This document shows, piece by piece, positions 50,222 through 61,347 of a stretch of 64,000 nucleotides of DNA. Both the position numbers and the translations under genes were made by a program. The notes under the pieces are model-generated. The model was given only the letters and a program-made list of their open reading frames with translations, did not search any database and had not been told where the DNA came from. Origin of the DNA: an uncultured Clostridium sp. Its GTDB lineage: Bacteria > Bacillota > Clostridia > TANB77 > CAG-508. The number at the start of each line of letters is the position of its first letter. Position 1 is the stretch's first letter. The DNA lies in NCBI GenBank assembly GCA_948472955.1, contig CAOKVW010000001.1, positions 40,226-104,225 on the forward strand. The letters are read 5' to 3'.

Positions 50222-53200
50222 TGTTACTCCTTTTACTAACTCTAATCATGTCTTGTTTCATCTTCTGTATCATATCATCTTTTGACTTTTTGTCAATATA
50301 ATGATACGTATTATGATTTTGCTTGGTATTAAAACCACAAATTGCCTTATACTCACAATACTCGCAAGGTGTCTTCCCATTTTTATTGTATGGCTTTAAA
50401 TCAATTTTACCACTTAAAATCTCTCTTGCTATTTGTTTGATAATAAAATCAATATAATCTTGTAAAATCTTAAATTCTTCTCGGTTCACACCATTGGTCC
50501 ATTTTTCATTTACACTACCAGATATTGTAATAGCTGCTGGTACTAACTTCGAGCTTCCAGATGTTAACGTATTATCATTCATTTTGATGATTTTAACATC
50601 TGCTAAAATTAGACCTTTCATTTTAAAATTCTTTTGGATAAATGCTTCAATCTCTTCTTCTGAAATCTTTTTATCTGCTTTAATCATTTGTTCCAATAAA
50701 GAGAAATAGAAAATTCCTGCTGGTATCATATCTTCCTCTTTGCAAATGGCATCTGAATAAGTTAATAACTGAATTTGAAGTCCTGCATATACTTCGTTTA
50801 AATCAATATTTTTACTAGAAGATTTGTAATCAATAATTCTTAAATAGTTTCCATCCTCTCCGTACAGCTGTATCAATTCTGTCAATTTTACCGGTAATTT
50901 CTACTCTTTTTCCATCTTCTAAGGTTAATACAATTGGTGGATAATCTCCCTTTTTACCAAATTCAACCTCTGTTCCTTGTACAGAAAAATCGCTATGAAT
51001 TAAGGTTTGTATGATATATTTCAAAGCTTTGCTAACAATTCTTTTTAATCTCTTAACAAGTACTTTGTATTTTGCTGTTGCAGTAAAAATAAAATTTTTA
51101 CTTAATTGCAAGTTCTGGTCAATGATATGGGAAACCATTTCACTAATTTGCTCCTCTTCCAATTCTGCTAATGCTAATTCTTGTTCTCTAACTTGTTCAA
51201 AGAATTCATCTATGGTCTCATGCATAAAAGAACCTGTCTCAAAAGTATGTATCTTCAAATTCTCTTTTTCTTTTAATTTTAATCCATATTGTAAATAATA
51301 GGAAAAGGGACATCTTCTATATTGTTCTAATCTCGATACACTGGTATTTAACGTGTTTCCATATAATTTTTGTATGTTTTCCTTTTTAATATCTTGTGGC
51401 AAATTGGTATAAGACAATCCTTGTAAATCATCTTGTAGCTTTACTTGCCAGTCTATTTTTTGTTTGTAATATTGATAGATAGCATACCAAATTTCAGAAA
51501 TGGTTTCTTTTTCTCTTAGTTTTGCTATATTTTCCAATAATTCTTCATAGGTAACTTGCTCATTCACCATTCCATATTCTTTACGAATCATGTCACTTTT
51601 TTCTTTTAGATGAGGATATAACTTTTTCATTTTATGGATTAACATAGACGGTCTTAACGATTTCCCCTCTTTGTCTGATGACGTATAAGATAGAAAAATT
51701 CTATTTTCTGCTGTTGTGAAAGCCTTATAAATATTAAAATTATCCTCATATAATCTATCTAATGTCCCTTTGGCTAACTCAATGCCATCTTCTTTTAGCT
51801 TTTCTCGGTCAGCATCATCCAAAAATCCTTCGTCTTTATTCACACTTGGAAAACTACCATCATTTAAACCAATCATAAATACTGTTTTAACTTTATGACT
51901 TCTTGACCTATCAATGTCACCAAATGTTACTTGGTCTTGTGTCCCTGGAATTTTTCCTAATTCACTATTTTTTAGCCCTATTTTTAGTATTTTACTATAT
52001 CGGTCAATCGTAGTTTTATCCTCTCCAAACACTAAAATCATTTCATCTAATAATTCTAGTATGATTTTGTAACTCGTTACCTGTTCTTTGGCTAACTCTA
52101 GCATAGACTTTTCTTCTAATTCATGCACTTTTTTGGCTATCTTTTCTTCGATTTTTTGCTCTTGTAAGAAATAATAGAAACATTTTGTTATATTTTCTAC
52201 TGTTTTATTTTGATTCATTTTTTCCTTTAATGCTAAGATTGGTTCTATTATTTGCTTTCTTAATTGATTATATCTCTCGACTTTCTGCTTTTTTTCTTCT
52301 TTTTCTAGTTCGTAAACAAATTCTTTTTTCCATTTATTTTGTTGGATGCCCCATTTGTTACAATAATTCTCTAATTCAAATATTTCATCTGGCTCTATCT
52401 CCGAAAATCCTAATTTTAGATAATTAAAAACTGCCTCTGTGGAAAAATTTTTGCTCATGATTTCTAATAGAGAAAGCACATATTGTATGATAATATTTTG
52501 ATTGACATCTCTTTTTTCATCGATAAATACTGGAATTTTATATTTGGGAAAAATGGCTCTTACCAAAGAAGCATATTCCTCTATATTTTTGGTAATAATG
52601 GCGATATCTTTGTATCTCATATTTTGGTTTTTGATTAATTTTGTGATTTGTTTTGCCACATTTTCTATTTCGGAATATGGATTTTGTGCTAAGAATAATT
52701 CTATGTTTTCCACATTTTTCTCATATTTTGTGGATTTTGGGTTATTTATGTTTTCACTTAAATGTTTCAATTCTTCTGTTTGAAAACGATATTGTTTTTG
52801 TAAGTGTACTGGTTCTTCCAACGTAAAATCGTTTTCATTTACCATATTCCAGATTTTAGCTATGGTAGTTTTATTGGCATAAAATATGTCTTTATCGGGA
52901 TTGGTATTGATGTTTAGGTCATCTGTGCAAATTGTGATATTTACTTGTTTGGCAAGCTTCACAAATTTTTCGATTACGGTATATTCTTGCTTGGTAAATC
53001 CTGCAAATTCGTCAAAATAAATGATACTATTTTGAACCAAATTGGTTTCTTCTATGTGGTTAGCAAGTATGGTCAAAAGGTCGGTTTCTTCTATGTATTT
53101 TCCTTGTATTTGTTCTTCAAATTTTTCATAAATAAAAGCCATATCTTGTAATTTCGCTTGTAAGTAATGGTCTTCTATTTTTGCTATCTCTTGTTGTAAA

Positions 53201-53598
53201 TCTTGAACGGTAATGCCATGCTTCTTGAACTCTGTTATTGCTGTCATACTTAAGTCAACATTCTCATCTGATTTTCCTAGAAATTTTAATTCTTTTTTGT
53301 GTTGATTTAAAATGGAGTAAATTAGCATGGCTTTTCCTTGTTTGGATAACTGTGTTTTGATATTTCCTCCAGTTTCATTTAAAACTCGATAAGCCATTCT
53401 ACTTAGTGTTATGATTTCTGCATTTAAGACAGCATGAGAAGCAACGGTTTCCATTAGCTTTGTTTCAGCTGTGAATGAAAACTGCTCTGGTGTTATCATA
53501 TATATTTTTGTTTCTTTTTTGATTTGATTGGCGATCTCTTGAAAACAGTACTCACTTTTTCCGCTTCCTGGCTTTCCATATATGATTCTTAGTCCCAT
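50205..53598 (-). CDS. addB: ATP-dependent helicase/nuclease subunit B (AddB/RexB). A frameshift near 50830-50885 separates the C-terminal Fe-S nuclease domain.
   Basis: 'IIYGKPGSGKSEYC' N-terminus. C-terminal 'CEYCEYKAICGF' Cys cluster. Total about 1130 aa. Confidence 0.8.
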
Positions 53599-53662
53599 TG
53601 CTCCCTCCTTTTTTCCACTATATTTTATAGGAAAATCGGAAAAATAGCAAGCATGTTTCCAT

Positions 53663-54532
53663 CTATCCTATTTCTCTTCTCCAATAAAACAAATACTGTT
53701 GCGCAAGACCTGCTAAGTCGCCGAATTTTTCTGTTGCCATTCTCTCAATCTGTCTTTTACTCACCTTATCTTCATTTGGCGCTTGTATGTATAAATCATT
53801 CATGACTCTTCTTACCCACACATCAATCGGAAAAACTTCCAATCGTTTTAGCATTGAAAACAGAAGAATGCAATCTGCCACTTTTGGTCCTACACCAGAC
53901 AAAGTTAATAATTGTTCTCTTACTTGAAAGGTATTTGGATTTTGTTGCATTGCCTGTAAATTTACTTGTTGATTCACTATCATTTGCGTTGTTTCGTACA
54001 ATCTTTTATCTCGAAATCCTAAACCTAAATCTCTAAATTCTTTGATTGTAACATCTTTTAACTGCTCTGCTGTTGGAAAAGTGTAATAATTCTTTCCTCG
54101 CCAATTGATTTGATTCCCATAGGTTTGCGATAATCTTTCTATAATGCCTTTGATTCTCGGTATATTATTATTCGCAGAAATAATAAAAGAAACAATAGTT
54201 TCCCACAAATCTTGATTTAGTAATCGAATTCCTTGTCCATATTGAATGCTGATTGCCATATTTTTATCAATTTTGGCTAACCTTTCTTTTATTTGTTTAT
54301 AATCTCGTTTTAAATCAAAATATTTCTCTACCGTTTCTTTGATGTCATGTTTACATAGCCCTTCCATGATAATGGTTTCCTTTTCTTTTTTTATCTGTAA
54401 AACATTTTCACCGAAAACACCTAGATAGCTTCCATTTTCTTGTAAATTCCAACGAAAACATTGTCCGCATTCAAATATATCTGTTAGTTCAAATGAATCT
54501 ATATTTTTTAATATTATTTTTTGTTCTTTCAT
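53663..54532 (-). CDS. ogg: 8-oxoguanine DNA glycosylase / DNA lyase (Ogg, HhH-GPD with OGG_N-like N-terminus)
   Basis: 'FECGQCFRW', 'LSGVGPKVADCILLF' HhH-GPD with catalytic Lys/Asp. Confidence 0.8.
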   Translation of the reverse strand: MKEQKIILKNIDSFELTDIFECGQCFRWNLQENGSYLGVFGENVLQIKKEKETIIMEGLCKHDIKETVEKYFDLKRDYKQIKERLAKIDKNMAISIQYGQGIRLLNQDLWETIVSFIISANNNIPRIKGIIERLSQTYGNQINWRGKNYYTFPTAEQLKDVTIKEFRDLGLGFRDKRLYETTQMIVNQQVNLQAMQQNPNTFQVREQLLTLSGVGPKVADCILLFSMLKRLEVFPIDVWVRRVMNDLYIQAPNEDKVSKRQIERMATEKFGDLAGLAQQYLFYWRREIG

Positions 54533-54623
54533 CTGTTTCTCCTTTAGTTTACTACATTTATTATACTATGTTTTTTTAGTTTTTTATAGTATTTTTATGT
54601 AATTATCAAGTTTATTTTATTTT

Positions 54624-55921
54624 TTATATTAGAAAGGCTGCATACAAAGGTACAGATTTTATATTATTTTCAAATCCAAAATTCTTAGTTGAAATTCTAA
54701 TAGCGTATTGGGGTTTATTTTCTCTTATATAGGTATTTAAGCTAGTAGATTTTACACTGTTTCCACTTTTTACTTCTACTGGTATGATTCCATCTTCATT
54801 ATAAATTATAAAATCCACCTCTGCATTTCTTCCGTATGTCCAATAGTACAATGACGTATCTTTAGCAATAAACTCTTGGGCTATATAACTTTCAGTAATT
54901 GCACCTTTAAATTCGAAAGATTTCTCTAACATAATATCTGGATATTTTATTTCCGAAATTGAAGTTAATAAGCCTACATCACTTAAGTATAATTTAAACA
55001 TATCTTCATCTATATAAACTTTTAATGGTATTTCTGGCTTTTTTATTTTATAACTTGCTAAAACCATTCCTGCAGAAATTAACCATTCAATTGGTGTCTC
55101 ATATTTTCTTTTTCTTCCATCTTTATCTATTAAATTATATCTAAATGCCTTCTTATCTTTTGCTAATTGACTTGGTATATTTTTATATACTTTTTCAATT
55201 TTTACAGATTCAATATTACCTTTTACATATTTTTTCATATCGGCAATATACATTTCAACAATGTTAGATATTACATTTGAATCATATTTCAATATGTCTA
55301 AATCATTTTCTATAAAATTATTTATTGACTCTGGCATGCCTCCTACGCATAAATATTGCTTATATGATGTCAACGCTTGTTCATGAGTAAATGAAGGCAT
55401 TGCTTCCATCTTAGAATAACATTCTTTAATCTTGCCCAATAGTATTTCTTTTTTAGTTGCTATTAGAAATTCCTCAAAATTCATGGGATACATATATTCC
55501 ATTCTTATTTTTCCGACTGGAAATGAACTGTTAAATCTATTTATTTTTACTCCGTAACAAACTACCTGCACATACAATTTTATATGGCTTTTCTGACTCG
55601 TTAAAATATTTTAGCGATACAATAAAATTTTCACTTACCTGTACTTCATCAAAAAACAATAATGTTTTGTCTAAATCTATCTTTTTACCAATATATAATT
55701 CAAGCTCTTCTAATATTTTTTCTTCATCAATTGTTTTCTCAAATATATTTCTTATTTCTTCATTTTTTTCTAAATTGAAATATATATATTCTTCAAAATT
55801 TTCTTTTCCAAATTTGTCAATTGTATACGTTTTTCCAATTTGTCTAACTCCGAATTACCATTAATGGTTTCTTCATTCCCGATTCTTTCCAATCAAACAA
55901 TTTTTTTTCAAATAATCTTAC
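54624..55921 (-). pseudogene. Second DUF4143 AAA ATPase gene, with at least 2 frameshifts in the N-terminal third
   Basis: N-terminal 'MVRLFEKKLFDWKESGMKKPL', 'GVRQIGKTYTIDKFGK' (Walker A) and 'KIVCAGSLL' lie in different frames upstream of the 317-aa ORF ending 'IPVEVKSGNSVKS...PLYAAFLI'. Confidence 0.7.
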
Positions 55922-55967
55922 CATCTTAATCTCCTTTAATAGTATTATTATCATAAACTCAAAGAAT

Positions 55968-56080
55968 AGTCAAGGTTTTTGCCACTTTTTGCGTATTTTT
56001 TCATATGTTTTTTGCCACTTTTTGTACATTTTTTGATGTCGTTTTTGCCACAAATTGTATTGCATTTGTAGAAATCGTCA
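55968..56080. repeat. Three roughly 38-bp tandem direct repeats containing TTTTTGCCAC in the yitT / DUF4143 intergenic region
   Basis: gtttttgccactttttg reiterated at about 55975, 56012 and 56051. Confidence 0.6.
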
Positions 56081-56091
56081 TATTTAATGCA

Positions 56092-56934
56092 TCATGTCTT
56101 TTTAAAGCCCAATCCCACTACTTCTCTTGAATTCGTAATCACAATAAAACTATCTGGGTCTATTTTACGTGCAATCATCTTTATTTTAGCAATATCTCCT
56201 CTAGAAGCTGCACACATCAAAACGATTTTTTCCTCTTCTGTATACATTCCCTTTCCAAAAAGACCCGTGGTTCCTCTTTTAATTTTATCTCCTATTTCTT
56301 TGGCAATCTCTTCATTTTTATCAGATACAATTAACAATAATTTTGTAAAATAAATTCCTTCAAACAAAATATCTATCATCTTTCCCATCAAATAGATAGC
56401 AATGGCGGAATACAATCCTATTTCAATTTCTCTCAAAAAAATTACATTTAAAGTAATAATGACAGTATCTATGATAATAATCGCTCTACTTAAACTAATG
56501 GTTGGTTTGTATTCTTTTACAATGTAGCTAGTCAAGTCTGTTCCTCCCGTAGAAGAATTTACTTTTAGAAGAAGAGCTGTCCCTAATCCGATAATAATTC
56601 CTCCATAAATACACGCCAAAAATCGGTCATTCGTTAATGGCTCCAATTTGTCTAAAAAATCAATAAAAACAGATAGTGTTATGGTTCCTATCATAGATTT
56701 AAAGAAAAAACTCTTCCCAATTTTAAAAATTGCCAGAATAAATAATGGCACATTAATGGCTATAATCATAATCCCCATTGGAAAATTTAATAAATAATAA
56801 GTAATGGTTGCAATACCTGCAATTCCTCCTGATGATAATTGATTGGGTAATAAAAATAGAGAAACTGCTATTGCCATAATAAATGAACCTAAAATTGTGC
56901 CAAGTATCTCAATTGTCATTTTTTTTATTTTCAT
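56092..56934 (-). CDS. YitT-family membrane protein (DUF161/DUF2179)
   Basis: 'SSGGIAGIATI' and C-terminal DUF2179 similarity. Confidence 0.8.
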   Translation of the reverse strand: MKIKKMTIEILGTILGSFIMAIAVSLFLLPNQLSSGGIAGIATITYYLLNFPMGIMIIAINVPLFILAIFKIGKSFFFKSMIGTITLSVFIDFLDKLEPLTNDRFLACIYGGIIIGLGTALLLKVNSSTGGTDLTSYIVKEYKPTISLSRAIIIIDTVIITLNVIFLREIEIGLYSAIAIYLMGKMIDILFEGIYFTKLLLIVSDKNEEIAKEIGDKIKRGTTGLFGKGMYTEEEKIVLMCAASRGDIAKIKMIARKIDPDSFIVITNSREVVGLGFKKT

Positions 56935-56991
56935 AAAAAATCACCTTTATAGCAGTATCTGCATATATTGGTGATTTTATACAAACAAACT

Positions 56992-58047
56992 TTATTCTTC
57001 CAAAAAGTCATTATAGGTTTTAGTAATTTCTATTTTTGATTTACCTTGTTTCATTTCTTCATCTTGTTTTAAAATCAAATCTACATCATAAGTATCTTTT
57101 AATTTCATAACATTTTCCTTTTGGTGACCAATAACATTGTTAGCATCCATTGGATTCACCGTAACTTCTACCTCTTTTACTTTTACATTCAACTTTTTAA
57201 TTTTTCCGACAATGGCATCATACCACATAGCAGATTCCACTAGTTGGCGGAAAGCTGGATGATATGGTCCTGCCACCACCTCACTTGCCTCTTTGCCAGG
57301 TTCTGCTATTTCGTCAGTATTTTGTAAGCCAACTCTAATAATTTCAATCTTTTTATCAGCAAACATTCGAACCAATTCTTTACATGTTTCAACTGCTTGC
57401 ACAAGTGGTAAGGCATCGTATTTCCCTTCTTGGTATTCTTTTTCTAATGGTGTATTTTTGATGACTAGTACCGGATAAATTCTTATCATTTTAGGTTTTA
57501 ATTTGATTAATGCTTTGGCTGTATTCATTTCATCAATTCTAGTACTCTCTGGTAATCCCACCATCATTTGATGTCCTAATTTAAAGCCCTTCCATCGTAT
57601 CATTCTAGATGCCTTTTTTACATCTGCAAAAGTATGTCCTCTGTTGGTTCTTTTTAAAATATAATCATTGGCAGATTGCACGCCAAGTTCTATGGTTTTT
57701 ACTTTGTATTTCTTTAGTCTTTTTAAAGTATCTTTATCAATGCAATCTGGTCTAGTAGAAATTCGAATGGATTCTACTTTTCCTTCTTGTATGTATTCAT
57801 AAGCTACTTCTAATAATTCTTCTTGTAAGTCTGTTTCTATGGCTGTAAAACTTCCTCCATAAAAAGCGATTTCTATTTGAGCCTCTTCCTCTTTGATACT
57901 GGCTAAATACTCTTCTATTATTTTTTTTGCTTCTTCTTTCGTCATCTTCTTTTTTTGTCCACTAATAGATTTTTGGTTACAAAAAATACAATCATTCGGA
58001 CATCCTAAATGTGGTACAAATATGGGGATGATATATTGTTTTTTCAT
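56992..58047 (-). CDS. Radical SAM protein (ELP3/YtqA-like family)
   Basis: 'IPIFVPHLGCPNDCIFCNQ' CxxxCxxC cluster region. Confidence 0.75.
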   Translation of the reverse strand: MKKQYIIPIFVPHLGCPNDCIFCNQKSISGQKKKMTKEEAKKIIEEYLASIKEEEAQIEIAFYGGSFTAIETDLQEELLEVAYEYIQEGKVESIRISTRPDCIDKDTLKRLKKYKVKTIELGVQSANDYILKRTNRGHTFADVKKASRMIRWKGFKLGHQMMVGLPESTRIDEMNTAKALIKLKPKMIRIYPVLVIKNTPLEKEYQEGKYDALPLVQAVETCKELVRMFADKKIEIIRVGLQNTDEIAEPGKEASEVVAGPYHPAFRQLVESAMWYDAIVGKIKKLNVKVKEVEVTVNPMDANNVIGHQKENVMKLKDTYDVDLILKQDEEMKQGKSKIEITKTYNDFLEE

Positions 58048-58066
58048 ATATTTTTACCTCTCTTTT

Positions 58067-58735
58067 CTATTTTAAATCTTCTAATGCTTTTTGGGCTGCA
58101 CTCATCTGTGCTTGTTTTTTACTATTTCCTTTCCCTTTTGCCAAAACTTTCCCATCACAACTTACTTGTGCTTCAAATTTCTTATTATGGTCTGGACCTT
58201 CCTCTTTTGTGATTTCGTACTCTATTTTTACTTCTCCATGTTTTTGTAATTTTTCTTGTAACACGGTTTTGTAATCCTTATCTCCTACATGTTTCGTTGC
58301 TTGCTCAATTTCATCTTTTAAATTTTCAACAATAAATTTTTCTGCTTTTTCTATTCCACCATCTAAATAAATAGCCGCAATTACTGCTTCTACACTATCG
58401 GCTAAAATAGCTGGTCGGTTTTCCCCTCCTGTCTTTTTTTCTGACCTTCCTAAGTACAAGAAATCACTAAAATTATGCAATTTAGCTATTTTGTATAAAC
58501 TTTTTTCACAAACTACAGCTGCTCTAACTTTAGTCATTTCTCCTTCTCTTAAATTAGGATAAGTTTTGTATAAATATTGACTAGAAATAAATTCTAATAT
58601 GCTGTCCCCTAAAAATTCTAATTTTTCATTGCTTTCTATTCTGTTTTCATAGGCATAAGATGTATGTGTTAATGCTTTTTTTAATAAATTTTTATCTTGA
58701 AATGTATATCCGTATGCTTTGTTCTACTTTATCCA
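58067..58735 (-). CDS. rnc: Ribonuclease III. A frameshift near 58715 sits just after the start codon.
   Basis: A shifted frame encodes 'ESNEKLEFLGDSILEF' (catalytic signature). The main ORF holds 'ILADSVEAVIAAIYLDGG' and the dsRBD. Confidence 0.85.
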
Positions 58736-58939
58736 TTTTATCACCTCCTCGTTTTTATATTTCTTTTACATTATATACTATTTTACAAATTTTGCAAGAG
58801 GCACATTCCCTAAAATTTCTCCGTTGTCCTTGTCTCAATTTACCAATATTTTTTTCATTATTTTTATGGACAAGTTTTGATTATTATTGTATAATAAATG
58901 TGTATTATTATAAGTAAAATTAAGAAAGAGAGAAAAGTT

Positions 58940-60292
58940 ATGTTGGATAATCATGATAACAGAAATTTATCTGATGTATTTAGAGAATTACAACAGGCAC
59001 AACAAATACAAATGAATCATTCTAATAAGCATCGTAAAAAAAGCTGTGCAACCAAAAACAGTTTTGTTTCTCATTTTCAGACCAATCATTCCTACAAAAA
59101 CTATGATTTAAAACTTTCTCATATTATAGTAGGATGTAGCATTTTAATTGTAGGCTTAGCTGTTTTGTTTCCAAAAAACACCTCTTTTACCCAAAGTTAT
59201 GCAAAAGAAGAAACCATACAAGAAATTTCAGAATACGAATTAAACCGTCATCGATTAAACATGCAAAATATTATTTCTGAAAATGCTGATATGGATAAAA
59301 TGAAAGAGCAAGTTACGGAAGAACGTGATATTGAATTCGAAACAAAATATAATAATAATCCAACGCTTCCAAAAAGCGAGGAAATTGTGACACAAGAAGG
59401 TGCTATTGGCAAGGAAAATGTAACAGCTATAAAAACATATGAAAACGGTAATTTTGTAGAAGAAATTATATTAAGTAAAGAAAAATTAGTAGAACCTGTT
59501 TCTAAATTAGTAGACATTGGTATTTCTGAATTCTTAGCAAAACATAAAGTACATATTGGTGATACCATGTATTTTGTAGATACTGTTAATTTAAAAGAAA
59601 CTGCTGATGCATCTGCTACCGATGTAGCTGAAATAAAAAAATATTTAGACGTTAAATTAATTGAATTACCAAACGAAGAATGGTGTAAAGTATCTTTTGA
59701 TAATATAGAGGGGTATGTAAAAACCACTAACTTAACCTCATCTTATACAACACCAAATATCACCGAAAAAAATAGAATCGAAAAAATATTAATCAAAGTA
59801 AATATTGATATGGAATTAAACAAAGCTAGTGGATTAACTTTAAATGATTATAAAAAAATATTTACAGGTATTCCAAATGATACGAATAAAGTATTTGAAA
59901 ATAATTATACAGCATTTTATAACGCTGAGAAGAAATACAATATCAATGGTATTTTCTTAGCTTCCATTGCTATTCATGAAAGTGGTTGGGCTTCTTCCCA
60001 AATTGCTAATGATAAGCACAACTTATTCGGCTATGGTTCTTATGACGCAACACCTTATGAATCTTCTTTTGAGTTTACTAACTATTCAGAAGGAATTGAC
60101 ACAGTTGCCAAATCTTTAGTCAAATATTATTTAAACCCATCTGGAACCAAAATTTATGATAACGAAGTGGCTGCTGCTTGGTATTACAATGGGCCTACTC
60201 TAAAAGGGGTAAATACAAGATATGCAAGTGATGAAAACTGGCATTCTAAGGTATTTAAGTATATGGATACTTTATATAAAAGGCTTCAATAA
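58940..60292 (+). CDS. Membrane-anchored peptidoglycan hydrolase with G5, SH3b-like and C-terminal glucosaminidase (GH73) domains
   Basis: C-terminal 'IAIHESGWASS...NLFGYG' glucosaminidase motif. G5-like 'VTQEGAIGKENVTAIKTYENG'. RBS before M at 58940. Confidence 0.8.
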   Translation: MLDNHDNRNLSDVFRELQQAQQIQMNHSNKHRKKSCATKNSFVSHFQTNHSYKNYDLKLSHIIVGCSILIVGLAVLFPKNTSFTQSYAKEETIQEISEYELNRHRLNMQNIISENADMDKMKEQVTEERDIEFETKYNNNPTLPKSEEIVTQEGAIGKENVTAIKTYENGNFVEEIILSKEKLVEPVSKLVDIGISEFLAKHKVHIGDTMYFVDTVNLKETADASATDVAEIKKYLDVKLIELPNEEWCKVSFDNIEGYVKTTNLTSSYTTPNITEKNRIEKILIKVNIDMELNKASGLTLNDYKKIFTGIPNDTNKVFENNYTAFYNAEKKYNINGIFLASIAIHESGWASSQIANDKHNLFGYGSYDATPYESSFEFTNYSEGIDTVAKSLVKYYLNPSGTKIYDNEVAAAWYYNGPTLKGVNTRYASDENWHSKVFKYMDTLYKRLQ

Positions 60293-60303
60293 AAAAGGAA
60301 AGG

Positions 60304-61149
60304 ATGCATGCTAAAATGAAGAAATTTAAAATACCAAATGAAAGATTGTTTTTTACTATCTTAATCATTGCTTTATTTATTATATTTCTTCTATATTACA
60401 ATTTAGTATTTTCTGTCGTATTTGCTAGAAATGCTTTTGCCAATGAAATGATAGAAATTGCAGATGAAAATGAAGACACCATTTTTAATATTCAGAAAAT
60501 ATTATTATATAGTAGTGCTAATGCCGTAGATAACTCAGAAGACCAATCTTTAAAAGATATGAGTATTTCTCAATTTACCGATATTTCTATTTATATCGAT
60601 AATACTAGCACGATTTCTGAATTAACAGATGAAAATACGGTTAAACAGTTATATATTGACAGTATCGTAGCAACTTCCAATTCTGATATAGGAACTAAAA
60701 TTTTAAATTATAAAAACCCTTTAAATTTTGGAAAATATAAAGCAGTTGAAGCTCCTGAAAACAATAGAATTGATTTTAATATTATCAACACAAATTCAGA
60801 AAATGAAACAAATGATTATACAAACCCTACTTTTTATACCGATTGTTCTAATCCTATTTCATTGGGTTATATGAATAAAGACATATTAACTAATTATTCT
60901 GTTTCTCAAGATGCCAATATGGTTTCTTTTAATGGAAAAGTTTTGCAAGAAGCTAATATTAAGCTAGAAGATATTAATTATGCATTGACTTTTAAAATAC
61001 ATATTGTTAATAACTTAAATCAAAAATTTGTCTATCAAATAAAATTAAATATTAATTTAGATGATAACAATGGTGGAATTTATAATGGTTATGTATATAG
61101 AGGAAAAAACACAACTGGTAATGAGTATCGATTTTTTAAAGAGATTTAG
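60304..61149 (+). CDS. Hypothetical N-terminally anchored protein, co-oriented with the hydrolase gene
   Basis: ORF with a single TM helix. No recognizable domain. Confidence 0.5.
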   Translation: MHAKMKKFKIPNERLFFTILIIALFIIFLLYYNLVFSVVFARNAFANEMIEIADENEDTIFNIQKILLYSSANAVDNSEDQSLKDMSISQFTDISIYIDNTSTISELTDENTVKQLYIDSIVATSNSDIGTKILNYKNPLNFGKYKAVEAPENNRIDFNIINTNSENETNDYTNPTFYTDCSNPISLGYMNKDILTNYSVSQDANMVSFNGKVLQEANIKLEDINYALTFKIHIVNNLNQKFVYQIKLNINLDDNNGGIYNGYVYRGKNTTGNEYRFFKEI

Positions 61150-61170
61150 TAACAACTAAATCTCTTTTTT
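61143..61170 (+). terminator. Rho-independent terminator
   Basis: gagatttagt aaca actaaatctc followed by tttttt. Confidence 0.7.
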
Positions 61171-61194
61171 ATATAATAAACTGAGGTGTTTATT

Positions 61195-61347
61195 TTGAAC
61201 TCATGTGAATTTGTTACTTTTATAACTTCTGTTGCTTGTGTTATTTCACAAGATAAATCTCCTGAAGAATTGGCTATATTAAGTACGTTTTTTACTCAAT
61301 TAGGGGATACCATTGCAACCATAGCAGCAACTAAGGCTTGTGAATAA
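61195..61347 (+). CDS. Possible small hydrophobic protein (50 aa, TTG start)
   Basis: GAGGTG RBS 5 nt upstream of the TTG. Convergent with, and overlapping, the ykvI-like 3' end. Confidence 0.2.
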   Translation: MNSCEFVTFITSVACVISQDKSPEELAILSTFFTQLGDTIATIAATKACE

